Source: Squalus acanthias
Lineage: Eukaryota
Length of the DNA: 64,000 bases
Direction: 5' to 3'
Assembly: GCA_030390025.1 (NCBI GenBank)
Contig: CM059432.1
Location: 84,322,001-84,386,000 of the forward strand
Numbering within the stretch: the first letter of the stretch is position 1; every line of letters starts with the position of its first letter. The notes under the pieces are model-generated. The model ran no database searches. It saw only the letters and a program-made list of their open reading frames with translations, and was not told the DNA's origin. Below, in pieces: positions 26,301 through 36,895 of the stretch. A program made the translations under genes and the position numbers.

Positions 26301-26559
26301 AACATGCAAAGGCAGAAGCTTGGCAGTCTGCAGAGGAAGCAAGGCTTGTTGCAGACCTTAAATGCTGCAGCAATGATGACGTCATCGGAAGCGACTTTCA
26401 GACTGGAAAAACTCACTGGCCATGGGTTCCCACACGTTGGAATCAATTGGTCAATTATGTTAAAATCGCATCAATCTCCCATATCGATTTAGATTCGGGT
26501 GGCTAACACAAAATGCGGATTACACGACCCCAGCCCGCCCCTGAATCAAAATCCAGCCC
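23310..26559 (-). mobile_element. Harbinger with Myb gene retained and transposase core deleted
   Basis: TIRs GGGCTCGATTTTG / CAAAATCCAGCCC; transposase N-terminus (ATG about 23833) joined to its C-terminus near 24000; flanks do not form a TSD. Confidence 0.85.
24318..26281 (-). pseudogene. Harbinger Myb/SANT-like gene, exons 26281-26042, 25698-25539, 25383-24318
   Basis: MASQRPKSAP*FDDVALQALIEG...WLQCRKRFHDLLRTGK; GT-AG introns keep frame; one TGA (probable CGA>TGA) and one frameshift near 24690. Confidence 0.85.
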
Positions 26560-27386
26560 ATAGTGTCAGTGCTGTACGTTCTCTGAACTCAATTGTATTT
26601 GCTCTGTGCACTCTCTGAGCTCAATGGTGTTAGCGCTGCGCATTCACTGAACTCGGGGATGTCAGCCCTGTGAGTTCTCTGAACGCGATAGTGTTAGTGC
26701 TGTGCATTCTCTGAACTCAACAGTGTTAGCACTGTGCATTTTCTCAACTCGATAGAGTTAGGCATTCTTTGAACTCGATAGTGTTAGCATGGTGCATTCT
26801 CTGAACTCGGTAGCGCCAGCGCTGTGTGGTATCTGAACTCGATAGTGTTAGCGCAGTGTGTTCTCTGAACTCGGGAGTGTTAGCGCTGTGTGTTTTATGA
26901 ACTCAATATTATTAGCGCTGTGCATTTTCTGAAATTGATAGTGTTAGCGCAGTGCATTCTCTGAACTCAATATTGTTACCGTTGTGCATTCTCTGAACTC
27001 GGTAGTGTCAGCGCTGCACGTTCTCTTATCTCAATATTGTTATCGTTGGGTGTTTTCTGAACTCGATTGTGTTAGCATTGAACTTGGTAATGTCAGCGCT
27101 GTGCATTCCCTGAACTTGGTAGGTGTTAGTGCTGTGTGTTCTCTGAAATCGATAGTGTCAGCGCTGTGTGTTTTCTGAACTAAATTATATTAATGCTGTA
27201 CGTTCTCTGAACTCAATAGTCTTAGCGCTGTGTGTTCTCTGAACTAAATTGTGTTAACGCTGTGTGTTCACTGAACTCAATAGTGTTAGCGCTGTGCGTT
27301 CTCTGAACTAAATTGTGTTAACGCTGTGTGTTCTCTGAACTTGGTATTGCCGTATTGCCGGTGCTGTGCATCCTCTGAAATTGATA
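26560..27386. repeat. 32-bp minisatellite block 1 (about 26 units), consensus ATAGTGTTAGCGCTGTGCATTCTCTGAACTCR
   Basis: Head-to-tail degenerate tandem units read directly. Confidence 0.92.
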
Positions 27387-30114
27387 GGGGGAGAAATTCA
27401 TTATAGCCCAGGAATGGGCGTTAACTTTTAAAAAGTTTGAGAATTAGCGCCAGGTGCTAATGCTTCAGACTGCACGCAAACTTCAGTCTCATTGAACAAA
27501 GAAAGGATTGGAGCGCTAAATCAAGTGCTAATGGCCTAGCTCAGCGGCATTAAACTTCAAGCGCTGACCAATATCAGGTGCAGTCTAATAACAGGTCATC
27601 ATTGCCACAGGCTCTTTCCAGTTCTTAAAGGCGAGGTTCAGCGATGCTGCAGAACCTCATTCCCATCATTGCTGGCTGTGAAGCCGTCTCAGCAACCAGC
27701 AGCAGGTCAAGGAGAAGGAACCGGACGACTCAAGCAGTTGCAATGATGGCAGATCCACGTCCCAGGGAGAGAGCTCGCAGATTCTGCGACCATGCATTGG
27801 AGGCATTGGTGTTCGCAGTGGAAAGACGGAGGGCGATGCTCTACCCAGCAAGTGGCAGGAGGCCGTCGCCGCAAGTCTTCCGCACCATGTGGAGAGAGGT
27901 AGCCCAGCATGTCTCGGGTAGCACTGTGGTCCCCAGGACCCACACACAGTGCAGGAAGAAGTTTAGTGACCTCACTCGGGTGGTCAGGGTGAGTCAATGC
28001 TTCAACAAATGCTACATACCACCATCTGAACCACAGTCTGCACACACTGCCCAAAGCACCACACCCCCAGCACTCACCCACCAACAATCTCCGCCTACCA
28101 ACACTCACACCCACATCTCACACCTTGCACACAATGACAGCTATTCAACTATGGCAGGCACATCACCCAAACACATTGCTCCACACTCACTCACACACTT
28201 TCCTTTCTCTTGCAGGCCAAGGTGGCTCACAACAGGAGGGAGCAGGAGCACACAGGCAGGGGACAAGCTGACACTCAACCATTGTCTGAGCTGGAGACTC
28301 AAGTGCTGCAGATTATTGGGCACCAGGTGGTGGGTGCTGTGGCCACCGGTGACATTGACCCCCTGGGGACAACAACGGTATGTTCATCCCTACTCCTTCT
28401 CACATCCCACTTCCCCCTCACCCCACAAGCCTTTTGCACTTTCCACCTAATCATGCTGCATGCATGCATTTCTCCCTTCCTGCCCCGTCCCCTCACCTTA
28501 ACCTGAATCTTATGCCTTTCTGCTTTCAGATAAATGAGCAAGCACCTGAGCAGCCTGTCCCTGAGGGCACCGTTGAGAGCAAGGTGGGAGAAGAGGAGGA
28601 GAAAGAACACACCGCATCACTGCATATCTCACCCGCAGGCACCAGCTCAGATACTGGCACTACGTGTTCTTTAGAGGCTAGTATAGTAGCGGGATCTGCA
28701 CAGGGTGATGCACTGGGGATGAGCAGGCTGCAGCAAAGCCAGAGGGAAAGGGTAGCTCAGGAGCCAGCTCCCTGGAGGGCGAGTTTGCACGCGAGTTCTG
28801 CTGCACAGGACTCAGATGAGGACGTCGATGGGGAGGCCTTCAGTAGAAGGGTGACGTGCATGCACATGGAGATGATAGGTGCACTGGCAAGGGTGCCCGA
28901 GAGCCTCTCGGCAATGGTACGGAGTGTGGAGGAGTCCGCCTCCAACATTGCACAGAGCTCTGCGCACACAATGGAGACCATCATTTCCAGTCTGCAAAGG
29001 GTGGTAGACTCCTAGAGAGACTGTGGCGACCCAGACCAGATGCCACATGTGATGGGCAATCTGGCAACCTCCACTGCAGCACAGGCAGAAGTGACGCAAC
29101 GTCTTAGTGCTGTAATGCAGTCTATGCTTGGTGGCATCCAATCTCAGACTGTTCTCATGCAGTTTCAGCTTGATGCAACGCAAGCTCTGACTGCTGCCAT
29201 CGTGGCTGGGTCTACCACCGTCGACCGGGGCTTTCATGGTGTCGCAGCAGGCCAACAATCTGTGCTCCAACAGATTGCTAGGGATGCTGAGGTGCTGCCC
29301 TTGGGGAGTGGCAGTGGGTCAGTGGAGCAGGAACCTGCTGTCCTTTCTCGGGATGACAGCATTCCTGCTCCCACCACTGTCGCTCCGCCATTGTCCTTGT
29401 CACTGTTTGTCATCCAACCAGCCCAGACTGCTGCCGCCGATGCTGAGATGGTGCAGTCTACAGCCAGGCCTTCCAGGGCCAGAGCTGGTCGCGGGCATCC
29501 TGCAAGGCCATCTGAAGTCTCCCGCATGGAAACTCAGCAGCCTTCCACCAGCCCTGCTGCAGCCACTGGGCCAATACTTCGTATGAGCACTAGAGTAGGC
29601 AAAGGCACAGTAACGAGAGACACTAAGGGATTGCACAAGGGTGAATAGGTAATAATGTTGCTGTAAATATGTGTTCACTGATTATTGATAAATTTATTAA
29701 TTCAGCTTGGATTATTTTGTGGTGTCCCTCATTTCAGCTCTGCGCTGTGATATGGCCTGCAACAGGGATGGAATGATGGGGATGTGGTGAGCAACGGGGA
29801 TCTGGGGTTTAATTCATTCGAACCGCAGTCTGATGAGGCGGTCACGGGCCACCCTTCCGGAAGGCCGATTGAGTGGCAGCCTCCTCCCTGGCTCCTGTTC
29901 CTCCTCCTCCTCCTCGTCTTCCTCTTCCTCCTCGTCCACCTCCTCCTCCTCCTCTCCCTCTTCCTCCTCCTGAGGTGATCCCGCAATCCCTGGTGGCAAG
30001 GGCTGGGCCCTCATGATGGCCAAGTTGTGGAGCATGCAGCTGACATCACAAAATGGGACACCCACTCCTCCGAGTACTGGAGGGCTCCTCCCAAGCAGTC
30101 AAAGCAGTGGAACT
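27387..30114 (+). mobile_element. Harbinger (TTAGCGC-subterminal subfamily), transposase end lost
   Basis: TIR GGGGGAGAAATTCATTATAGCC; Myb gene; transposase C-terminus on minus strand (about 29814-30114, CMLHNLAIMRAQP...LIRLRFE). Confidence 0.85.
27743..29648 (+). pseudogene. Nearly intact Harbinger Myb/SANT-like gene, exons 27743-27988, 28216-28377, 28530-29648
   Basis: MMADPRPRERARRFCDHALEALV...QCRKKFSDLTRVVR|AKVAHNRRE...|INEQAPE; splicing stays in frame; single in-frame TAG at 29013. Confidence 0.85.
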
Positions 30115-30240
30115 AATACAAAAGCAAAATACTGCGGATGCTGGAAATCTGAAATAAAAACAGAAAATGCTGGAAATATTCAGCAGGTCAGGCAGCATCT
30201 GTGGAGAGAGAAACAGAGTTAACGTTTCAGGTCGATGACG
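30115..30240 (-). mobile_element. Penelope 3'-end fragment
   Basis: AATACAAAAGCAAAATACTGCGGATGCTGGAAATCTG...GTTAACGTTTCAGGTCGATGAC, same sequence type as 8158-8290. Confidence 0.8.
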
Positions 30241-30787
30241 AAGTGTCTTCATCAACCCTCTCTGTTACCTCATCAAAAAACGCAATCAAGTTAGTTAAAC
30301 ATGATTTGCCTTTAACATATCCGTCCTGGCTTTCCTTAATTAATCCACACTTGTCCAAGTGACTGTTAATTTTGTCCTGGATTATCGTTTCTAAAAGCTT
30401 CCCCACTACTGAGGTTAAACTGACTGACCTGTAGTTGCTGGGTTTATCCTTACTCCCTTTTTTGAACAAGGGTATATCATTTGCAATTCTCCAGTCCTCT
30501 GGCACCACCCCTGTATCCAAGGAGGATTGGAAGATTATGGCCAGTACCTCCACAATTTCCACCTTTACTTCCGTCAGCATCTTCGGATGCATCTCATCCG
30601 GTCCTGGTGACTTATCTACAAGTACAGCCAGCCTTTCTAGTACCTCCTCCATATCAACTTTTTATCCCATCTAGTAACTCAACTACCCCCTCTTTCACTA
30701 TGACTTCGGCTGCATCTTCTTCCTTGGTAAAGACAGAGTACTCGTTTAGTACCTCAGCCATGCCCTCTGCCTCCATGCATAGGTCTC
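30241..30787 (-). mobile_element. CR1 RT fragment
   Basis: DKSPGPDEMHP...VPEDWRIAN...KSCLTNLIAFFDEVT. Confidence 0.85.
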
Positions 30788-30848
30788 CTGTGTGTTTTCT
30801 GAACTCAATATTGTTAGCACTGTCTGTCCTCTGAACCCGATTCTGTCA
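30788..30848. repeat. 32-bp minisatellite block 2 (about 2 units)
   Basis: CTGTGTGTTTTCTGAACTCAATATTGTTAGCACTGTCTGTCCTCTGAACCCGAT. Confidence 0.75.
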
Positions 30849-33540
30849 GAGTAAAAGGATAACTAAAGAAAGGGTAGGGCCTATTAGAGATCATGAGGGT
30901 AATCTGTGTGTGGAGGCGAGAGACGTCGGTAGGGTTCTTAATGAATACTTTGCGTCTGTTTTCACAACGGAGAGGGGCGAAGCAGACATTGCTATCGGGG
31001 GAGGAGTGTGAAATATTAGATGAAATAAACATAGTGAGAGAGGAAGTATTAAGGGGTTTAGCAGCTTTAAAAGTGGATAAATCCCCAGGCCCAGATTAAA
31101 TGTATCCCAGGCTGTTAAGCGAAGCAAAAGAGGAAATAGCAGAGGTCCTGACCATCATTTTTCAATCCTCTCTGGCTTCAGGTGTGGTGCCGGAGGACTG
31201 GAGGACTGCTAATGTGGTACCCTTGTTTAAAAAGGGAAGGATAGACCGAGTAATTACAGGCCAGTCAGCCTAACCTCGGTGGTGGGAAAATTATTGGAAA
31301 GAATTCTGAAGGACAGGATAAATCTTCATTTTAGAAAGACACGGATTAATCAAGGATAGTCAACACGGATTTATTAAGGGAAGGTCGTGTCTGACAAACT
31401 TGATTGAATTTTTTGAGGAGGTAACAAGGAGGGTCGATGAGGGTAGTGCATTTGATGTAGTGTATATGGACTTTAGCAAGGCTTTTGATAAGGTTCCACA
31501 TGGCAGACTGGTCACGAAGTTAAAAGCCCATGGGATCCAGGACAAAGTGTCAAGTTGGATTCAAAACTGGCTCGGAGACAGGAAGCAGAGGGTAATGGTT
31601 GATGGGTGTTTTTGTGACTGGAAGGCTGTTTCCAGTGGGGTTCCGCAGGGCTCAGTACTAGGTCCCTTGCTTTTTGTGGTATATATCAACGATATTTACT
31701 TGAATATAGGGGGTATGATTAAGAAGTTTGCAGATGATACTAAAATCGGCTGTGTGGTTAATACTGAAGAAGGAAGCTGTAGACTGCAGGAAGATATCAA
31801 TAAATTGGTCAGGTGGGCAGAACAGTGGCAAATGGAATTCAATCCGGAGAAGTGTGAGGTAATGCATTTGGGGAGGGCTAACAAGGAAAGGGAATACACA
31901 TTAAATGGTAGGACACTGAGTAGTGTAGAGGAACAAAGGGACCTTAGAGTGCATGTCCACAGATCCCTGAAGGTAGCAGGCCAAGTAGATCTTCTCTTCT
32001 CCTTCTTAGGCAGTCCCTCGGAACCAAGGATGACTTGCTTCCACATTAAAAATGAGTTCTCAGGTGACTGATGAGTCCAATGCGGGACCGACAGTCTCTG
32101 TCACAGGTGGGGCAGACGGTGGTTGAGGGGTGGGGTGCTTGGGTTGACGTGCGCTCCTTGCGCTGCTTGCGTTGGCTTCCGCTTGCTCCCGGCGAAGAGA
32201 CTCGAGGTGTTTGGCGCCTTCCCAGATGCTTCTCCTCCACTTCGTGCAGTCTTGGGCCATGGATACCTAGGTGTCAGTGGGGATGTTGCACTTTTTCAAG
32301 AAGGCTTTGAGAGTGTCCTTGAAGCGTTTCCTCTGGCCACCTGGGGCTCTCTTGCCGTGTCGGAGCTCCAAGTAGAGCATTTGTTTTGGGAGTCTCGTAT
32401 CAGGCAGGCGGACGATGTGACCCGTCCATCGGAGCTGATTGAGCGTGGTCAAAGCTTCGATGCTGGGGATGTTGGCCTGAGTGAGAACACTGACAATGGA
32501 TTTGCAGGATCTTGCAGAGGCAGCGTTGGTGGTACCTCTCCAGTGTTTTGAGGTGCCTGCTGTACATGGTCCATGTCTCTGAGGCATACAGCAGGGCGGG
32601 TATCGCTGCTGCTCTGTAGACCATGAGCTTAGTGCCGGGTCTGAGGTCCTGGTCTTCAAACACTCTCTTCCTCAGGTGACCGAAGGCTGCACTGGCACAC
32701 TGAAGGCGGTGTTGGACTTCATCATCGACGTCTGCCCTTGTTGACAGTAGGCTCCCGAGGTATGGAAAGTGGTCCACGTTATCCAAGGCCTTGTCGTGGA
32801 TTTTGATAATCGGGGGGCAGTACTGTGTGGCGGGGGCAGGTTGGTAGAGGACCTTTGTCCTCCGGATGTTTAGTGTAAGGCCCATGCTCTCGTATGCTTT
32901 GGTGAAGGTGTTGACGATGGTTTGGAGTTCGACCTCCGAGTGAGCACAGACGCAAGCGTCGTCTGCATATTGTAATTCGACGACAGAGGATGGGACAACA
33001 TTGGATCTGGACTGGAGGCGACGGAGGTTGAACTGTTTCCCGTTTGTTCTGTAGATTAGCTCCACTCCAGCGGGGAGCTTACTAAGGGTGAGATGGAGCA
33101 TTGCAGCAAGGAAGATCGAGAAGAGCGTTGGTGCGATGACACAGCCTTGTTTGACCCCGGTCCGTACCTGAATTGGGTCTGTGGTGGTTAAGAAGGCATA
33201 CAAAATGCTTGCCTTTATTAGCCGTGGCATAGAATACAAGAGCAGGGGAGTTATGCTTCAACTGTATAAAACACTAGTTAGGCCTCAGCTAGAGTACTGC
33301 GTGCAGTTCTGGTCACCACATTACAGGAAAGATGTGATTGCACTAGAGAGGGTACAGAGGAGATTTGCAAGGATGTTGCTGGGAGTAGAGAATCTTAGCT
33401 ATGAGGAAAGACTGGATACATAGAAGATAGGAGCAGGAGTAGGCCATTCGGCCCCTCGAGGCTGGGTCTGTTTTCCTTGGAACAGAGGAGGCTGAGGGGA
33501 GACCTTATTGAGGTGTATAAAATTATGAGGGGCATTGATA
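30849..33540 (+). mobile_element. CR1 LINE fragment, split by an RTE insertion
   Basis: Close relative of 12838-14575; KVAGQVD | VVKKAY is interrupted at 31991-33185. Confidence 0.88.
31991..33185 (-). mobile_element. RTE-clade (BovB-like) LINE 3' fragment
   Basis: GVKQGCVIAPTLF, LQYADD, FPYLGS, LLYASETWT, LRWTGHIVR, GGQRKRFKDTLK, CPTC...SHLRTH; GAA-rich tail. Confidence 0.88.
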
Positions 33541-33544
33541 AAGG

Positions 33545-34520
33545 TCACAGAACTCTGCCACCTCCTGTAACCAGACTTCCAGCCTCAGATCAGGGCGACC
33601 ACGGCTCTCTCAGTGGTAGTCAAGTTCACCGTCGCAATCAATTTCTTCGCCAGCGGATACTTCCAGTCTGCAACAGGAGACATAGCTAACATCTCGCAGT
33701 TCGCCATCTATCGCTGCATCCGGGAGGTCAGAGAGGCGCTCTTTACCGTAGGAGAAGGGACTGCATTTCCTTCCCCATCACCAGAGAGAAGCAGGATGAA
33801 CGTGCATGTGGCATTGCCAGGATAGCGGGATTCCCCATGGTGCAGGGCGCCATTGACTGCACGCATGTGGCTTTGCGGGCACCGCATAACAATCCTGAGA
33901 TCTTCCGTAACCGCAAAGGCTACCACTCACTTAATGTGCATTTGGTGTGCGACCACATACAGCGAATCCTCACCGTAAATGCCCGCTATCCTGGCAGCAG
34001 CCACGATGCCTTCATCCTGCGCCAGACTGGTGTGCCAACACTCTTCCAGCCACCACGTCAAGCTCGCGGCTGGCTTGTCAGAGACAAGGGCTATACGCTC
34101 TCCACCTGGCTCATGACTCCCCATCACAACCTCAACACTCCTGCCCAGCACTCATATAATGAGAGCCATGCTGCCACCAGGAACATCATCAAGCGGACCA
34201 TCCGCCTGCTGAAGCAATGGTTCCGCTGCCTTGACCGCTCGGAAGGAGCCCTCCAGTACTCGACTGAGCGGGTGTCCCATTTCGTCATGGTGTACTGCAT
34301 GCTCCATAACTTGGCCATCATGAGGGCCCAGCCCTTGCCACCAGGGATTGCGGCACCACTTCAGGAGGAGGAAGAAGGAGAGGAGGAGGAGGAAGATGAG
34401 GAAGAGGAAGATGAGGAGGACAACGAGGAGGAGGAACAAGAGCGAGGGAGGAGGCAGCCACTCAATCGGCCTTCTGGAAGGGTGGTTCGTGACCGCCTCA
34501 TCAGACTGCGGTTGAATAAA
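33545..34520 (+). pseudogene. Harbinger DDE transposase lacking its N-terminus
   Basis: NFFASGYFQ, VQGAIDCTHV, FRNRKGYHSLN, YPGSSHDAFIL, DKGY, LLKQWFRCLD, CMLHN. Confidence 0.9.
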
Positions 34521-34797
34521 TTAAACCCCAGATCCCCATTGCTCACCACATCCCCATCATTCCATCCCTGTCGCAGGCCGTAACACAGCGCAAATCTGAT
34601 ATGAGACACACCACAAAATAATCCAAACAGAATTAATAAATTTATCAAAAACCAATGAACACATATTTACAACAAAAATATTAACTATTCACTCTTGTGC
34701 AATCCCTTAGTGTCTCTCGTTACTGTGCCTTTCTCTACTCTAGTGCTCCTATGACGTGTTGGCCCAGTGGCTGTAGCAGGGCTGGTGGAAGGCTGCT

Positions 34798-35012
34798 GTA
34801 ACTAATTATATAAATAGAATAAGATTAGATAGAGATGGCAGTGCATGTGGTGTGTTGTAACTGAAGCATGTGGGAGTTGGTGGAGACCAACAAGATCCCA
34901 AGCAACCACAGTAGGTGCCTACAGCTCGAGGAACTTCGGCTCAGAGTTGTTGAGCTGTTATCCGAGCTTCAATCATTGCGATGCATCAGGGAAGGGGAGA
35001 GTTACGTGGACA
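34798..35012 (+). mobile_element. CR1 ORF1 N-terminal (zinc-finger/leucine-zipper) fragment
   Basis: MAVHVVCCN*SMWELV...CLQLEELRLRVVELLSELQSLRCIREGESYVD. Confidence 0.65.
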
Positions 35013-35483
35013 CCAAGCATAGTCTGAATTACACCACTATGCATTCATTCACCCTGACCACCTGAGTGACGTCGTTAAATTTATTCCTGGACTGTGTGTG
35101 GGTCCTGGGGACCACAGTGCTGCCCAAGACGTGCTGCGATACCTCCCTCCACATGGTGCGGAAGACTTGCGGCGAGGGCCTCCTGCCACTTGATGGGTAG
35201 AGCACCGCCCTCCATCTCTCCACAGCGAACACCAACGCCTCCAATGCTTGATCGCAGAATCTGCGGGCTCTCTCCCTGGGGTGTTGGTCTGTCATGATTA
35301 CAGCTGCTTCAGTCCTTTGGCTCCTTCTCCTTGACCTGCTGCTGTTTGCTGAGACAGCTGCACAGCCAGCAAAGCTGAGAATGAGGTTCTGCAGCATCAA
35401 TGAACCTCCCCTTTAAGAACTGAAAAAAGCCTGTGGCAATCATGACTTATGATTGGACTGCCCCTGATATTGGTCCACCCTTT

Positions 35484-36350
35484 GGGCTGGATTTTACTTA
35501 CCGATGCGAGTTGGGGGCGGGACTGCTGCCTTCCGGGTTCTAGTCCCACCTCCAGCGACGTCTGACGAACAGACGCTATTTTACCCTGATTGGCCTTGTT
35601 AAGTCCGCCCTGCGGGCTTGCCCGCCAATTAAGGGAAAGCCGGTGTCAGATGACGTCAGTTGATGACGCTTCATCTGCCGGTTTTCTTAAAGGCATATGC
35701 ACCACACTTGTTTGACAGATAAATTGTCAGTGTTTGACAGCATTGAGATGCTGTCAAATACTGACAATCACTGTACACAGGTGAGCCCTTGTACACAGGC
35801 TCTCCAATTACTCTCTCCTTAGAATAAAACAGATGGCAGCTGCAGGTGAGATTGCAGAAGCCATCTGTCACTTCTCCCGATGAAATGAGGCCACACAAAC
35901 ACTTCACAGCCTGTCACCTGCAGAAACATCTAACCACATTAAAAATTACTTTCATAACATTTCCTTAGCTCTGATACTAACCATTGTCACTTTGCATGCT
36001 TCACACCACTTCTGCAGCTGTCATCCAAACAACAACATAACAACAGACCCACAGCACGCCTCACTTACCCAGGCGGGGTTCCCCGACGTCAGGAAGCCCG
36101 CAGCAGCAGTCGAAAAATTGGGAAAAACCTCTTAACTGCCTGTTAACTACCTGTTAACAGGCAGTTAAGTGGCTATAATCCTCTTCCCGCCGCTAGGAGT
36201 CGGGTCCCTGCGCAAATTGGGGACTTGACTCCCGGGAAGATTGTATGGAGGCGGGTTGGGAGCAGGTTCGGGACCCGCTCCCATTCTTTTTGACTTTCCC
36301 AGCAGCCCCACCTCCACATCCGCCTCCCCAAGGCTGGTAAAATCCAGCCC
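35484..36350. mobile_element. Harbinger MITE nested in a Harbinger subterminal region
   Basis: TIRs GGGCTGGATTTTAC / GTAAAATCCAGCCC; TSD TTT / TTG; an uninterrupted homologous site is at about 42922-42948. Confidence 0.85.
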
Positions 36351-36524
36351 TTGGAGTGTAACACCGGTGAGCTTGGGCTTTAAGGTTTGAATTAGCACTC
36401 CAATCATTTCTTTGAGCAGTGAGCACGAATTTTGCGTTCAGTGAAAAGCATTAGCGCCTGGCGCTAATTCTCCAACTTTTCTACTGACACCGCCCATTCC
36501 TTGGTTATCATGAATTTCTAGCCC

Positions 36525-36591
36525 AATATTGTTAGTGCTGTGCCTTCTCTGAACTCAATTGTGTTTGCGCTGTGTGTTCACTGAACTCAAT
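36525..36591. repeat. 32-bp minisatellite block 3 (2 units)
   Basis: AATATTGTTAGTGCTGTGCCTTCTCTGAACTCAATTGTG... Confidence 0.85.
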
Positions 36592-36895
36592 GGCTGGAAT
36601 CTTTATGTTGGAATCGGGTTGCGTGTGTGCGGGCCGCGTACCTTGTCGGGAACACGAAGATGTGAACAGCGCATTCTTCAGTGCGACTTTTACTAAATGG
36701 TCCCAATTAAACCAGTCATGCGTGTTTCCCTGTCCAATTAAATGGAGCAGGTCTGATGATGTCATCGATAACTTGTTTCCAGTGCCAATATTTAAAGCAG
36801 CTGTGCACACATCTCAGTTGAAGGTTGATGTAAGAGTGAATAAGTTGGTATCCAGAGGTCTGAGTAGCATCATAAAACTGCTAAAAGTGTGGGTC

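Larger units (their letters stand above)
33541..36524 (-). mobile_element. Second copy of the 27387 Harbinger subfamily, inverted and partly deleted
   Basis: TIR TGAATTTCTAGCCC; Myb exon 1 on minus (about 35050-35298); transposase on plus; nested MITE. Confidence 0.85.

Noticed and set aside
26560..27386. CRISPR-like array
   Set aside because: Units are head-to-tail with no unique spacers, there are no cas genes, and the context is vertebrate
33837..34583. Host HARBI1 gene
   Set aside because: Lies within a TIR-bearing multi-copy element; frameshifted and lacks the N-terminus
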